Source: Methanocaldococcus sp. 28A (GTDB lineage: Archaea > AGJL01 > Methanococci > Methanococcales > Methanocaldococcaceae). Taken from it: DNA of 64,000 nt. The DNA is taken from assembly GCA_049852185.1 (NCBI GenBank), contig CP187540.1; one strand, 5' to 3'. Position 1 is the first letter of the stretch. Each line of letters begins with the position of its first letter. Below the pieces are notes generated by a model that did no database searches, was not told the origin of the DNA, and saw nothing but the letters and a program-made list of their open reading frames with translations. This document shows positions 1 to 13,380 of the stretch, one piece after another. The position numbers and the translations under genes are program-made.

Positions 1-582
1 AGCCAATCCGGGACCTGGGAATGGTTGCCTATAGACAATACTATCTGGCAATCCCAATTCCTTAGCTAATAATCTAACCTCATCTTTGTATAGCTCTCTC
101 AATGGCTCAACAACTTCCAAAACCATTCCATGAGGCAAAGCTACATTGTGATGGCTCTTTATATTCCCTTTTGTTTCAATCCAATCCGGAGCTATAGTTC
201 CCTGAACTAAAACCTCTGCCTTAATTTCTTCAGCAATCTCTTCAAAAACATCAATAAATAACTTTCCTATAATTTTTCTCTTCTCTTCTGGGTCTGTAAC
301 TCCTCTTAAAGCATTTAAAAATCTATCTTTTGCATCAACAACTATTAAATTTAATCCTAACTTGTCTCTAAATGTTTTTTCAACTTCTTCCCTCTCTCCT
401 TTTCTCATTAATCCAGTATCTACAAATACAGCAGTTAGCTTATCTCCAATAGCTTTGTGGGTTAAGACGGCAGCAACAGAGCTATCTACTCCTCCACTTA
501 AAGCAATTATTGCTTTTCTATCGCCAATTTTTTGTTTTATCTCTTCTACAGCCTCTTCAATAAATTTCTGTGGATTAAACAT
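1..582 (-). CDS. guaAB: GMP synthase (glutamine-hydrolysing) subunit B, ATP pyrophosphatase; runs off window start
   Basis: Manual minus-strand translation from ATG at 582: [38 protein letters not shown] (PP-loop SGGVDS), later IKSHHNV and PFPGPG motifs; not in ORF track because truncated. Confidence 0.9.
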   Translation of the reverse strand, partial: MFNPQKFIEEAVEEIKQKIGDRKAIIALSGGVDSSVAAVLTHKAIGDKLTAVFVDTGLMRKGEREEVEKTFRDKLGLNLIVVDAKDRFLNALRGVTDPEEKRKIIGKLFIDVFEEIAEEIKAEVLVQGTIAPDWIETKGNIKSHHNVALPHGMVLEVVEPLRELYKDEVRLLAKELGLPDSIVYRQPFPGPGLA

Positions 583-677
583 AAAGATATCACCTTTAAA
601 TTTATGATTAAGAAGTTTATTATGCTAAAATAATAACTTTATATTTAAAAATTTTCCTGTAAAATTCTATTATAGTT

Positions 678-1034
678 TTATTTTTCTTCTTTCTCAACAT
701 TTTTACCATTATTTTCATCTTCTTCTAATATAATAATGTTTTTTTTACAGCCATTTAGATGTTTAAAAGCATTTTCTTCAAGTTTTTTAGCTAAATTTTT
801 TGGAACATTCTCCATATTATCAGCTAAATACCTCGCTACACAGGCAGATAATAGCAATATAGCAGCTTTTTGTTCACTTTTAAGTCGATGAATATGATGA
901 GGTCTAATATCTAAAGTTTCATAAATTTCAAATAATTTTTTGCATTCCTTATTATTTTTAAAATCATCGTTCATAATTTCTTTTACAACATAAACAAAAA
1001 ATTGATGAAGTTTCATTAACTGTTCTTTGTGCAT
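678..1034 (-). CDS. UPF0058 family protein
   Basis: MHKEQLMKLHQFF...IRPHHIHRLKSEQKAAI signature of UPF0058. Confidence 0.75.
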   Translation of the reverse strand: MHKEQLMKLHQFFVYVVKEIMNDDFKNNKECKKLFEIYETLDIRPHHIHRLKSEQKAAILLLSACVARYLADNMENVPKNLAKKLEENAFKHLNGCKKNIIILEEDENNGKNVEKEEK

Positions 1035-1122
1035 GTTATCACTTTAAATATAAAGAAGAAATTTAAAACCTTAAGATTAATAATAAAATTGGCTAAGAAA
1101 TATATAAAATTTTGGTGGGATT

Positions 1123-2394
1123 ATGAGAGATATTATTAATAAGCTTAGCCCCATTATAATAGAAAAAGCTGACAAAAAGTTTGGAGTTTCAAGAATATTA
1201 AAGAAGTATGATGGAAAGCCAGTGTATATAAAAGACGTAAATGGATTTGAGGTTGTAGGAAATCTCTGTAGTAGAGAAACTCTCTCAAAGATTTTTAATG
1301 TAAAGAAAGAAGATTTTATATTCTTTATGATAGATTCTATGGAAAAAGAAAAAGAAGGAAAATTGAAGGTAAATAACAAATTGAAAGAAAAATACATTAT
1401 TGAAAGTCCAGAGAAGATTAAGGAATGGCCTATTCCAATCTATTATGAAAAAGATGCTGGACCTTATATAACAAGTGGTGTTGTTGTTGTAAATGATAAA
1501 GATTATGGTTGTAATTTATCAATTCATAGGATTTTGGTTAAAGACAATCATTTAGTTATAAGAATGGTTGAGCAGAGGCACTTACACTTTTTATATACTA
1601 AAGCAATAAAAGAGAGAGGTTATTTAGATGTGGCTATAATTATAGGGGTTCATCCAGCTGTTTTGTTAGCTGGCTCTACTTCAGCAGATATAACATTTGA
1701 TGAGCTTAAATTTGCAGCTGCTTTGTTGGGTGGTGAAATAGAAGTATTTGAGCTAAATAACGGTTTATTAGTTCCTGAGGCAGAGTTTATTATTGAGGGA
1801 AAAATATTGCCAGAAATGGATGATGAAGGGCCTTTTGTTGATATAACAGGAACTTATGATATTGTTAGGAAGCAGCCAATAATTAAAATTGAAAGATTAT
1901 ATAGAAAAGAAAAGCCAATATTCCATGCTCTATTACCAGGAGGAATTGAGCATAAGACATTGATGGGAATGCCTCAAGAGCCGAGAATTTTAAAAGGAGT
2001 AAGAAATACTGTTCCAACAGTGAAGAATGTTGTTTTAACTGAAGGAGGCTGCTGTTGGCTTCATGCTGTAGTTCAAATAGAAAAAAGAACTGAAGGAGAT
2101 GGAAAAAATGCTATATTGGCAGCATTCTCTTCTCATCCAAGTTTAAAACATGTAGTTGTCGTTGATGATGACATAAATATTTTTGATATAAATGATGTTG
2201 AATATGCTATAGCTACAAGAGTGCAGGGGGATAAAGACATTATTATAATACCTGGAGCAAAAGGTTCATCTTTAGACCCTTCAAGTGATTTAAAGAATAA
2301 ATTAACTGCAAAAGTGGGGATAGATGCAACAATGAGCTTAGTTAAAGGAAAAGAGCATTTTGAAAGGGCTAAGATTCCTGATGATTTAGAATGA
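1123..2394 (+). CDS. UbiD-family prFMN decarboxylase (probable anhydromevalonate-phosphate decarboxylase)
   Basis: 423 aa; EGPFVD motif, VVVVDDDI, GSSLDPS, KVGIDAT. Confidence 0.85.
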   Translation: MRDIINKLSPIIIEKADKKFGVSRILKKYDGKPVYIKDVNGFEVVGNLCSRETLSKIFNVKKEDFIFFMIDSMEKEKEGKLKVNNKLKEKYIIESPEKIKEWPIPIYYEKDAGPYITSGVVVVNDKDYGCNLSIHRILVKDNHLVIRMVEQRHLHFLYTKAIKERGYLDVAIIIGVHPAVLLAGSTSADITFDELKFAAALLGGEIEVFELNNGLLVPEAEFIIEGKILPEMDDEGPFVDITGTYDIVRKQPIIKIERLYRKEKPIFHALLPGGIEHKTLMGMPQEPRILKGVRNTVPTVKNVVLTEGGCCWLHAVVQIEKRTEGDGKNAILAAFSSHPSLKHVVVVDDDINIFDINDVEYAIATRVQGDKDIIIIPGAKGSSLDPSSDLKNKLTAKVGIDATMSLVKGKEHFERAKIPDDLE

Positions 2395-3072
2395 TTTAAG
2401 CTTAATTATTAATTCCCCAAACAATTTTTCCTGAATTAACTCTGCCTTTCCATCATTAGCTAAGTATAAAGAGGGAATAAAATACCTTACTCTCTCTTCC
2501 TTTGTTTTAAACCTTTCCTGATAAATTATAATCCCCTCTTTCATTAAATCTTCTAAGAGCTCTGCTATTATGTCTGAAATATCTTCATCTTCTATAAGCT
2601 CTTCTATAATCTCTTCAACTTCATTTATCTTTTTTTCCCTCTTTTTTTTAGATTTTTTTACTTTATTTAGCTCTTTCTCGATAGTTTTAATTAATTCCTC
2701 AACAGTAACTGGCTTTTTACTTTTTTTATTTTTTTCTTTATCTTCTTTTTCCTTTTTTCTGCTTTTTTTTGGTTTATTCTCTATCTCATCGTAGTAATAA
2801 TCATCATAGTATTCATAATCATCATCCTCTTCAACTTTGCATTCGTCATATAGCGCTTCAGATTTCATTCTCAATAAGATGCCTCCAACAAGAATAACAT
2901 CGGCAGACAACCTAATATCAAACTTTTTAAGCTCTTTGATTTTTTGAATATAATAATCTGCTACTTCAGCAATATTTATATCCCAAGGATTTAGATTTTT
3001 TTTCTCTATCCCCTCTTTAATCATTCTAACCCAAAAAACAATGTCAAAATTGGCATCAACCATAACAATCAT
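2386..3072 (-). CDS. scpA: Segregation and condensation protein A (kleisin)
   Basis: LNPWDINIAEVADYYI...LLRMKSEAL N-terminal and FIPSLYLANDGKAELIQEKLFGEL C-terminal kleisin motifs. Confidence 0.88.
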   Translation of the reverse strand: MIVMVDANFDIVFWVRMIKEGIEKKNLNPWDINIAEVADYYIQKIKELKKFDIRLSADVILVGGILLRMKSEALYDECKVEEDDDYEYYDDYYYDEIENKPKKSRKKEKEDKEKNKKSKKPVTVEELIKTIEKELNKVKKSKKKREKKINEVEEIIEELIEDEDISDIIAELLEDLMKEGIIIYQERFKTKEERVRYFIPSLYLANDGKAELIQEKLFGELIIKLKSF

Positions 3073-3075
3073 CCT

Positions 3076-3108
3076 CCATAGAGGGGCAAAGCCCCTCTAT
3101 TGGTATAC
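3076..3108. repeat. Short GC hairpin repeat (CCATAGAGGGGC-AAA-GCCCCTCTATTGGTATAC), copy 1
   Basis: Perfect stem; degenerate copy at 47597-47630. Confidence 0.6.
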
Positions 3109-3142
3109 TCCCCCATAAGCTTGCCTTTTTATTTAATAATTT

Positions 3143-3631
3143 TTATTTACTATCAGAACCCTCTTTCACTAAATTATCTTTTACTTTTTTAACAACTCTA
3201 ATTCCAAAAATTTTCGTCTCTGGATAATTCCCAGTTTCGTCTTTTTCAACAGATTTAACCATATCCCAAATTGTCAATAGAGCTATAGAGATACCAGTCA
3301 AAGCTTCCATTTCAATTCCTGTTTTGTATGTGGTTTTTACTGAACAAGTAGCTTTTATCTTATCTTCAAACATCTCAAAGTCAATATTTACTGAAGTTAT
3401 TGGTATAGGATGGCACATTGGAATTAGTTCATAAGTTTTTTTAACAGCCAGTATTCCAGCTATTTGTGCAGTTGTTAAAACATTACCTTTTTTAATTTTT
3501 TGTTCTTTTATCAATTTAATAGTTTCTGGCTTTAATTTTATATAGCCCTCTGCAACACATTCTCTATAAACATCTTCTTTTTTAGAGATATCAACCATCT
3601 TAACTCCTTTATCATCAACATGCGTGAGCAT
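3143..3631 (-). CDS. moaC: Cyclic pyranopterin monophosphate synthase MoaC
   Basis: [34 protein letters not shown]. Confidence 0.95.
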   Translation of the reverse strand: MLTHVDDKGVKMVDISKKEDVYRECVAEGYIKLKPETIKLIKEQKIKKGNVLTTAQIAGILAVKKTYELIPMCHPIPITSVNIDFEMFEDKIKATCSVKTTYKTGIEMEALTGISIALLTIWDMVKSVEKDETGNYPETKIFGIRVVKKVKDNLVKEGSDSK

Positions 3632-3686
3632 TTAATCACCACTACTTTATTAAATTAAACTAATACAACAATTAATATAATAATAT

Positions 3687-3770
3687 AATATAAGGTAATA
3701 ATGAATACTCCATAAGGAAGGCATTCAAAATTTCCTTTTTAAAGTTTATTTTATTTTGCACACAAATATA
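3687..3770. repeat. MITE-like family A element, partial copy (one end decayed)
   Basis: AATGAATACTCCATAAGGAAGGCATTC...TTTTGCACACAAATATA matches reverse complement of 19196-19307. Confidence 0.7.
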
Positions 3771-3818
3771 TATAAATCATTTTTATAAATATATTTATAT
3801 ATGTAAGTTTAAAGTTTA

Positions 3819-5444
3819 TTGGTGATTATCATGGATGAAAAGACAAAGTTAATGAGATGTATCATTGAAAGAATTTTAGATGAACACAACAAAGGAAAAA
3901 TTTTAGATAAAAAGAAAATAGAGCAGATTAAAGCGGAGTGCTTAAGAATACATAGAATTGGTATTGGGCATCCATCAAACTCTGAAATTTTACAGTATGC
4001 TACTGAAGAAGAAAAGAAAGTGCTAATTCCAATATTAAGAAAAAAACCAGTTAGAACAATCTCTGGTGTTGCTGTTGTTGCTGTCATGACATCTCCAGAA
4101 AAATGTCCTCATGGAAAGTGTATGTTCTGTCCAGGAGGAGTTGGAAGTGTGTTTGGAGATGTTCCTCAAAGCTATACTGGAAAAGAACCAGCCACTATGA
4201 GAGGTTTAATGTTTAACTTTAATCCTTATTTGCAAACAAAGGCAAGGATTGAGCAGTTAGAAAAGGTAGGGCATCCAACAAATAAAATAGAGCTTATTGT
4301 AATGGGAGGGACATTTCCCGCGAGAGATATAGCTTATCAAGATTGGTTTATTAAGAGATGCTTAGATGCTATGAACGGTGTTGAGGCAGGTAGCTTAGAG
4401 GAAGCTCAAAAGATAAATGAAACTGCAGAACATAGATGTGTAGCTCTCTGCATAGAAACAAGACCTGATTATTGTGGAGAAAAAGAAATTAATCAGATGT
4501 TAAAATTAGGGGCTACAAGAGTAGAGTTAGGAGTTCAAACAATTTATAATGAGATTTTAGAATTCTGCAAAAGAGGGCATAGTGTTGAAGACACTATAAA
4601 GGCTACTCAATTATTAAAAGATAGTGGTTTAAAAGTATCTTATCACTTAATGCCAGGAATGCCTGGCTCTGATATGGAGATGGATAAAAAGATGTTTAAA
4701 GAGATATTTAGCAATCCAGATTTTATGCCAGATATGGTTAAAATCTATCCATGTTTAGTTATTGAAGGAACTGAACTCTATGAAATGTGGAAGAGAGGAG
4801 AGTTTAAACCATACAGAGAAGAGGAGGCAATAGAGATAATTAGCTATGCAAAATCAATAATGCCAAAATGGGTTAGGACTTCAAGAATTCAGAGGGATAT
4901 TCCAGCAACTGTAATAGTTGATGGAGTTAAGAAAAGTAACTTGGGAGAGTTAGTTTATAAATATATGGAAAAGCATGGTATTAAATGCAAGTGTATAAGA
5001 TGTAGAGAAGTAGGGCATGTAATGTATAAAAAAGGAATAATACCAGATATTGAGCATATAAAGTTATGTAGAGAAGAATATGAGGCAAGTGGTGGAACTG
5101 AGATATTCTTATCCTATGAAGATGTAAAAAATGATATATTAATTGCTTTCTTAAGATTGAGAGAGCCATATAAACCATTTAGAAAAGAGATTGATGACAA
5201 TACTATGTTAGTTAGGCAGTTGCATGTCTGCGGACAAGAAAAACCTTTAACAAAAGATTTAAAAGAAATTACTTGGCAACATAAAGGTTATGGAAAAAAA
5301 CTTTTAGAAGAAGCTGAAAGGATAGCTAAAGAAGAGTTTGGTAAGAAGAAAATTTTAGTAACAAGCGGTATTGGTGTTAGAGAATACTACAGAAAGTTAG
5401 GATATGAGAGAGTTGGGGTTTATATGGGTAAATACTTAGAATAA
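3819..5444 (+). CDS. elp3: tRNA uridine(34) acetyltransferase Elp3 (radical SAM + KAT)
   Basis: RKKPVRTISGVAVVAVM, CPHGKCMFCPGG, QHKGYGKKLL, GVREYYRKLGY. Confidence 0.95.
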   Translation: MVIIMDEKTKLMRCIIERILDEHNKGKILDKKKIEQIKAECLRIHRIGIGHPSNSEILQYATEEEKKVLIPILRKKPVRTISGVAVVAVMTSPEKCPHGKCMFCPGGVGSVFGDVPQSYTGKEPATMRGLMFNFNPYLQTKARIEQLEKVGHPTNKIELIVMGGTFPARDIAYQDWFIKRCLDAMNGVEAGSLEEAQKINETAEHRCVALCIETRPDYCGEKEINQMLKLGATRVELGVQTIYNEILEFCKRGHSVEDTIKATQLLKDSGLKVSYHLMPGMPGSDMEMDKKMFKEIFSNPDFMPDMVKIYPCLVIEGTELYEMWKRGEFKPYREEEAIEIISYAKSIMPKWVRTSRIQRDIPATVIVDGVKKSNLGELVYKYMEKHGIKCKCIRCREVGHVMYKKGIIPDIEHIKLCREEYEASGGTEIFLSYEDVKNDILIAFLRLREPYKPFRKEIDDNTMLVRQLHVCGQEKPLTKDLKEITWQHKGYGKKLLEEAERIAKEEFGKKKILVTSGIGVREYYRKLGYERVGVYMGKYLE

Positions 5445-5970
5445 ATGACACAATGAAGGGGAGATATAGGTTATCATCTATTTTTATTCTTTTGCTTATA
5501 AATTCAGAAAATGATGCTATTAGTGAAACTAAAATTCCATAAATTCCATAAAATGGATATAAAATCAATGAAGCAGAGATAAAAAATGCCAAAAATCCTT
5601 CAACTGTTTTTCCAAAGTATTTTATTTTTAGTTGTCCTCTAATACCTATGAATGTAGCTAAAGCATCCCCTACGGCAAATACCAATATACCAAAAAATAT
5701 GGCGTTTATATCATCAATTAACAATAATGAGGCTAACATACCAAAGGCAAAGTATATAGCTCCTTTTCCATCTTCATTTTCTCTTTTGCAAATATTTAAT
5801 AAATCTGAAATTATTGGAACATAATGCCTTTTACATAAAAAATATAAAAAAATCCCTACTGTTATACTAATAATTAATGGAATTATTAATGCTTTTTTAA
5901 ATACCAATACTGAAAAAGCTATTAAAATCCCAGCAACTAAGTGAATTGTTTGTCTATAAAATTCTCCCAA
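5377..5970 (-). CDS. Polyprenol/phytol/dolichol kinase-like membrane protein (CTP-dependent)
   Basis: RQTIHL, GDALATFIG, GKTVEG, IDDNLYLP motifs; hydrophobic; converges on and overlaps elp3 3' end. Confidence 0.75.
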   Translation of the reverse strand: MGEFYRQTIHLVAGILIAFSVLVFKKALIIPLIISITVGIFLYFLCKRHYVPIISDLLNICKRENEDGKGAIYFAFGMLASLLLIDDINAIFFGILVFAVGDALATFIGIRGQLKIKYFGKTVEGFLAFFISASLILYPFYGIYGILVSLIASFSEFISKRIKIDDNLYLPFIVSFILSIYPYKPQLSHILTFCSIL

Positions 5971-6063
5971 GGTTTCAACCTTTTTAATTTGTTAGTGATG
6001 TAATGATTATTAAAACAGAAACTTATTAATATTTTTTTGGTTAAAATAAAAATTGGTGATAAT

Positions 6064-6603
6064 ATGAAAGATATCAAAAAACTTCTTCTCTTAGTTTTTG
6101 CAGTAGCTATAACAGTTAGCTTTTCAGGATGTTTAGAGCAGCCAAAAATTGAAATTATTGGGCAGAAAATCCAAAAACTGAATGCAAATAACACAAAGAT
6201 AGAGATTCAAGTGTTGGTTGATAATCCAAATCCTATTGGGATAACCATTGACAAAATTTCATTTGATATTTATGCTTTGGTTGATGGGGATAGAATATAT
6301 TTAGGACATGGAGAGCAGAGAAATATTAAAATAACCTCTGGAAATAACACTTTCACTCTACCAATAACCATATCCAACAAAAAACTTATTGAAGTTGCTG
6401 TAAAAGGTAAAAGCACAAAAATACCTGTTGAAATTAAGGGAGATATTGAAGTTAATTTAATTATAACAACTGTAAATATTCCAATAGATATTAAACAAGA
6501 GATAGATGTCTCTGCGATAGTAAAAGAAGAGATATTAAATCAATTAAGTAATTTAAATAACTTAAATACTAGCCAAATACAATCAATAACTCAAACTCAG
6601 TAG
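6064..6603 (+). CDS. LEA type 2 (WHy) domain lipoprotein
   Basis: Lipobox FSGC after signal peptide; VDNPNPIGI motif; GGTGA RBS before ATG 6064. Confidence 0.7.
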   Translation: MKDIKKLLLLVFAVAITVSFSGCLEQPKIEIIGQKIQKLNANNTKIEIQVLVDNPNPIGITIDKISFDIYALVDGDRIYLGHGEQRNIKITSGNNTFTLPITISNKKLIEVAVKGKSTKIPVEIKGDIEVNLIITTVNIPIDIKQEIDVSAIVKEEILNQLSNLNNLNTSQIQSITQTQ

Positions 6604-6689
6604 TTTATTAAGTATTTTTCATTAATTATTTTTAGATTAATCTTTTTTATTTTTAGTATTAAAAATAATTAGATATTAATCAATAACTA

Positions 6690-7382
6690 TTATTCTTCTT
6701 TTATAATTTCCACTCCATACCTAACAACATTGTCTCTCATTAAATAATCTCTAAATTCACATATTTTGTAAGTCATTTCTATAATCTTTTTTGCATATAA
6801 TGGCTCAACTAACGTGTTTAAAAAAGCTCTTAAGTCATTGGGATTTTTTATCTGATATTTATTTTCAGCATCAGTGCATATAACAACAGGCACATCAAAC
6901 TTTTTTGCCAATTTTAGGTTATTTCTAAAAAATATTAATGTTCTTGCCCTCTCATATCCATCTTTGTTCATTAGATTTTTGAGATTAACTTCAATAGCTA
7001 CTCTATGATTTGATGCTAATCTTGCTAATACATGGTCTATGCCACTATCTTTTCTTCCAAGTTCAGGGGTTGATAAAATATCAACATCATGCATCTCTAC
7101 AACGGCTCTATTTATTTTTAAAATTCCTCCTTCAACCAATATTATATGACATTTATTTCTAAACTTTTTTACCTTGTTTCTTAATTCTTTAGAACTTTCT
7201 GCCTTTATTTTAACTCCAGAATATACTTTTAATTTGTAATTTTCACCAATAGCTTTAACTTCTTCATATTTTTCTTTGCTAAATTCATCGTCATATTGAT
7301 AAAAAACAAATCCATTCCATTTTAATTCCTTGAGTAATTTAATTTCCTCTTCATTTTCTATCCTGTTTATATCAATCCTCAT
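6690..7382 (-). CDS. rnp3: Ribonuclease P protein component 3 (Rpp30)
   Basis: INRAVVE, VDILSTPE, GIDHVLARLA, VVICTDA PHP-like fold. Confidence 0.9.
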   Translation of the reverse strand: MRIDINRIENEEEIKLLKELKWNGFVFYQYDDEFSKEKYEEVKAIGENYKLKVYSGVKIKAESSKELRNKVKKFRNKCHIILVEGGILKINRAVVEMHDVDILSTPELGRKDSGIDHVLARLASNHRVAIEVNLKNLMNKDGYERARTLIFFRNNLKLAKKFDVPVVICTDAENKYQIKNPNDLRAFLNTLVEPLYAKKIIEMTYKICEFRDYLMRDNVVRYGVEIIKEE

Positions 7383-7395
7383 GATATCCCATTAA

Positions 7396-8070
7396 TTATT
7401 TAAATCTAATAACCTTACTTTCTTCTTTATTATAAATACCAACTGCATCTATACTATTTTCCAATAACGCAAACATCACATCTCTCTCATATCCAAGATT
7501 TTTTAGATTTTCTGCAGATGAAGAATTTAAAATCAAAGACATCCAATCGTGTTTAGTTAATTCTACTGCAGCTTTAATGAATTCATCAAACTCTCTGTTA
7601 AGGTATTTAGCTATAATACCACATCCAATAAAATCATCTATTGCAAAGTTATTCTCTCTGTGGCAAGGGATTAAGCTTATATCTTCAAACTCTTTAACAG
7701 CTTCAGCAACATACTTTGCATTAACTATAGCTCCTATAAAAATATGCTCTGCATCTAAGTTTTTTAAAACTCTTGTTCCATTTGTAGTTGATAAAATAAC
7801 TTTCTCTCCATTTTCATACCTTTCCTTTATAATATCTTTATTCGCTAAAATCTCAGTTGGAGAATTTCCAAAGTCAAAGTTCTCTATTTTTTTACCTTTT
7901 CTCTCTCCAATATATATAGCATTTTCTTCTCTACATGTTGAGGTGGTTATATATACTTCATCAATAAATGATAAGAGTGTTATTATTGTTGTAGATGCTC
8001 TCAAAACATCAACTACTATAGCTACATCATTACATTTATACTCAGCAAATTTGTTACATAAAGTTATCAT
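7396..8070 (-). CDS. comB: 2-phosphosulfolactate phosphatase (coenzyme M biosynthesis)
   Basis: VDVLRASTTI, GERKG..FDFGNSP, STTNGT. Confidence 0.93.
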   Translation of the reverse strand: MITLCNKFAEYKCNDVAIVVDVLRASTTIITLLSFIDEVYITTSTCREENAIYIGERKGKKIENFDFGNSPTEILANKDIIKERYENGEKVILSTTNGTRVLKNLDAEHIFIGAIVNAKYVAEAVKEFEDISLIPCHRENNFAIDDFIGCGIIAKYLNREFDEFIKAAVELTKHDWMSLILNSSSAENLKNLGYERDVMFALLENSIDAVGIYNKEESKVIRFK

Positions 8071-8116
8071 ACTATCAACCTTTTGAAATTTTTGAAAGCT
8101 TTAGGAGGGAAAAATA

Positions 8117-8749
8117 TTGAGTGTAGAAGGATTTTTACAAATTATAGGAATAATAACACTAACAATATTTGCTTTAGCATTTATATCCTTCATCTTAATT
8201 TTAATTATCGGCTATGTATTATTAAAAAAGAATAAATTAATATTTCCAAATTTAGCTTTATTTTTAATGGATAATCTTTACTCAATACTATTGAAGATAT
8301 TCCTTCTAATAGGAACAGAGGATACATTTTATAGAGTAGGGATAGAATTTTACAACAAATATTATGAAGACAAATTTAAAAAAACTGAGAAGAGAGTTTT
8401 GATATTACCGCATTGTCTTAGAGATACGAAATGCCCAGCTAAGCTAACGCCAAAGGGTGTTGAGTGCATATTTTGTAATAGATGTAAAATTGGGGATATT
8501 ATAAAAGTTGCTGAAGAAAAGGGTTATAAGGTTTATATAGTGCCTGGCTCTACATTTTTAAAGAGAATTTTAAAGGAAGTAAGGCCAGAAGGAGTTTTTG
8601 GAGTAGCATGTAATAGAGATTTATTTTATGGAATGAACTCATTATCAAGAAAAGGTATCCCCTCACAAGGACAACCTTTATTAAGGGATGGATGCATAAA
8701 TACTCTGGTCGATGTTGATGAACTAATAACAAGATTAAAATCATTATAA
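8117..8749 (+). CDS. DUF116 family membrane protein
   Basis: LPHCLR, C..C..C, VYIVPGS, GVAC, GCINT. Confidence 0.85.
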   Translation: MSVEGFLQIIGIITLTIFALAFISFILILIIGYVLLKKNKLIFPNLALFLMDNLYSILLKIFLLIGTEDTFYRVGIEFYNKYYEDKFKKTEKRVLILPHCLRDTKCPAKLTPKGVECIFCNRCKIGDIIKVAEEKGYKVYIVPGSTFLKRILKEVRPEGVFGVACNRDLFYGMNSLSRKGIPSQGQPLLRDGCINTLVDVDELITRLKSL

Positions 8750-8790
8750 TTTATAATAATATAATAGTATAATAATTAAGGTGAGATTGA

Positions 8791-10780
<1,990 letters not shown>

Positions 10781-10838
10781 TACTAATCACACAAAAGGTT
10801 TTTATCTAAGTTTCTAAGTTAATGATAAAATAATAAGT

Positions 10839-11093
10839 ATGAGGTGGATATTTATGGGTTTAGAACATCTAATTTTATTGATATTAATAATTGCAGTAGG
10901 AATTTTATTCTTTAAACTAACTTATAAAATATTGAGATATTTAGCGGTGAATACAATAATCGGTTTGATATTGGTAGGAATTTTAAATTTCCTCGGAATT
11001 GTGCATATAAAGCTAACCTTAATAAACTTATTAATAATAGCAGTTGGGGGAATAATAGGAGTCTTTATCTTAATTTTGCTTTCAATTTTATAA
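10839..11093 (+). CDS. Small membrane protein, BofA-like
   Basis: Three hydrophobic helices, NTIIGLIL..LN and GG.IG pattern. Confidence 0.6.
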   Translation: MRWIFMGLEHLILLILIIAVGILFFKLTYKILRYLAVNTIIGLILVGILNFLGIVHIKLTLINLLIIAVGGIIGVFILILLSIL

Positions 11094-11109
11094 AAATAAA
11101 AAAAAGATA

Positions 11110-11307
11110 TTAAGCTTTCATTGAATATTCATAAGCTTGACAAGCCCAATAATCTAAAACATCTTTTATAGATTTTAAGTTTTTTTCCTTTCTTTTTTTG
11201 ATTCTTGCCATGTTTCTTAGTATTTTTAATGTTCTTTCAATTTCGTCCTTACTCATTAAGGTGGCGTCTATTAATAAGCTTATTGCCTTCTTATCTATGT
11301 CATCCAT
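11110..11307 (-). CDS. Hypothetical protein (65 aa)
   Basis: ORF with AGGTGG RBS upstream. Confidence 0.6.
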   Translation of the reverse strand: MDDIDKKAISLLIDATLMSKDEIERTLKILRNMARIKKRKEKNLKSIKDVLDYWACQAYEYSMKA

Positions 11308-11516
11308 AATACCACCTTTTAATATTATAATTTAGATTAGTATTATGATATATAAGATTTTTGGTTGATAGTATGAAGATTTTATTTTTTCAATTAAGTA
11401 AAAGTTATTTTACAATTATTAAAATTTTTTGTATTATTGTAAATCCAAATATTTAAAATAATAAATTAACAATATAAAAATAAAAAAAGAAAAAGAAAGA
11501 AAAAGAGATTAAAATC

Positions 11517-12551
11517 TTACTGAATTCCCATTGCTTTATTTGTTTTTTCAATTGATTTAAAGTTGTCATTTTCCATTTGGAGCATAGCCCTTATACAGTC
11601 AATATTTTCAGGAACTACTATACTCTCTTGATGTACCGCTTGCATTAAAAATACCTCATTTTCTAAAACATTAACGCTCTCTTCCCAAACAACAAGCTCA
11701 TTTAAATCATATCTCAATCTTCCTAAGTCTCTTCCATACTCAATTATTTTAGCTGTTGAAGTAAATCCGTCTTCTGCTTTAACAGTCATAACTCTTGGAG
11801 TTTTTTGAATTGCATTTAAAACATCGTCTCTACTAACATCTCCATCAACTTCAACCATTAATGTGTGTTGGTGCATTAATGTTGTTGGAACTATAACTGC
11901 TGAAGTTAATATCTTTCCTTCAAGCTCTGGAATAACTGAAACAACATCAGGGCCGTGATGGGAAGGAACTGTAACTGGGTTTGGTGTTATAGCATTTATT
12001 GGACCTATTTTGTCATCATTTGGGTCTGCGGCCCTTCTTACTAAAACAACTCTTGCTTTCTTAATATCTGCAACTGAATTTATTGCATATAATATTCTAC
12101 ACAAACCTGTAGTGTTGCATGAAACAACTCTTACATAATCTTTTCCATAACATCTGTTATAACTCCATAAAGCGTTGAAGTTGTCTTCGACATCTTTTGC
12201 TTTTTCACCTCCTTGCAATATAGCTTTAACTTTATGAGGCTTGTAAATATTTTCTAAGTTTTGCTTTCCAATCTTCTTAGGAGCTCCGTCAACAACAATA
12301 TCTGCCTCTTCTATGATATCTAAAATAGTTCCTTCTACTGGAATTCCTGCGTCTTCAAATAATTTAACTCTCTCTTTATCTGGAATTGCTACAAATAACT
12401 TGTATCCTTTCTCAACAGCTAATCTTGCTTCAAAATCAGGTTTTGTCTTTGTAACTCCTATAACTTCCATATCATCTTGCATTGAAACTGCATCAGCTAC
12501 TCTTTTACCAATTGAGCCATATCCATTTATCAATACTTTTGCTGACATCAA
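11517..12551 (-). CDS. gap: Archaeal glyceraldehyde-3-phosphate dehydrogenase (type II)
   Basis: [24 protein letters not shown] catalytic Cys, QAVHQESIV. Confidence 0.96.
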   Translation of the reverse strand: MMSAKVLINGYGSIGKRVADAVSMQDDMEVIGVTKTKPDFEARLAVEKGYKLFVAIPDKERVKLFEDAGIPVEGTILDIIEEADIVVDGAPKKIGKQNLENIYKPHKVKAILQGGEKAKDVEDNFNALWSYNRCYGKDYVRVVSCNTTGLCRILYAINSVADIKKARVVLVRRAADPNDDKIGPINAITPNPVTVPSHHGPDVVSVIPELEGKILTSAVIVPTTLMHQHTLMVEVDGDVSRDDVLNAIQKTPRVMTVKAEDGFTSTAKIIEYGRDLGRLRYDLNELVVWEESVNVLENEVFLMQAVHQESIVVPENIDCIRAMLQMENDNFKSIEKTNKAMGIQ

Positions 12552-12786
12552 AGCTCACCATTGGTATTTGTTGTAGGAATATAATGTATGTTAGTAATAT
12601 ATATTTTTATAATTTGTTTATTTTAATAATATGAAAAAACAGTATCTCCAAACATCATAAAATAAAAGTTAATATTTTATAATAAATAACAAATTAAAAA
12701 AATAGAATGTGACAGAACTAATGAATGACATAAGATTGTTAAACTATAAAATCGTTTAATGTTAACAGATTATCTATTTTAAATTT

Positions 12787-13380
12787 TCATTTTAAATTTT
12801 CATAAACGAAATCATATTTTTTGTATTTTTCTAAATTATTCAAAATTTCTTTTAAAATATTATCCAACTGGTTTATACAATCTTCAAAACTACACTCATT
12901 AACTACTACAAAATCAGCCAATGCAATAGCATGGCCAATACTGAATCCCAATTCCCTTAAATCCCTTTCTACAAACACTTCCCAATTTACTGAATCATCT
13001 TCTCTCCCTCTTTTCATCAATCTTTTAAATCTTGTTAATGGGGAGGAGTGTATAGCTATTAAAACCAATGGATTATGTTTTCTAAAATAATTTACTTCAT
13101 ATAAACTTCTTATACCCTCTACAATAACAACATCTTTATCTTTCAAATTTTCTTCTATATATTTTAGGCAAGCTACTGCAATTGCTTCATTTCCAAACTC
13201 TTCCCTCAACTTTATAGCAGTATTTCCAACATTTTCAGGATTTAACTCTAAACCCCTTTTTTTTGTTTCATACCTAACAATGTCTCCCATGGAAACTACT
13301 GGCAGATTATATTTTTTTGCTACTTCATTTATTGCACTTTTTCCAGCACCAGGCATTCCTGTAATTCCTATTAATAGCAT
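12787..13380 (-). CDS. P-loop nucleoside-monophosphate/dephospho-CoA kinase-like protein (UPF0200)
   Basis: [28 protein letters not shown]. Confidence 0.8.
   Translation of the reverse strand: MLLIGITGMPGAGKSAINEVAKKYNLPVVSMGDIVRYETKKRGLELNPENVGNTAIKLREEFGNEAIAVACLKYIEENLKDKDVVIVEGIRSLYEVNYFRKHNPLVLIAIHSSPLTRFKRLMKRGREDDSVNWEVFVERDLRELGFSIGHAIALADFVVVNECSFEDCINQLDNILKEILNNLEKYKKYDFVYENLK

Noticed and set aside
2700-2830. Low-complexity Asp/Tyr/Lys tract in scpA
   Set aside because: Ordinary disordered kleisin linker, not a tandem repeat locus
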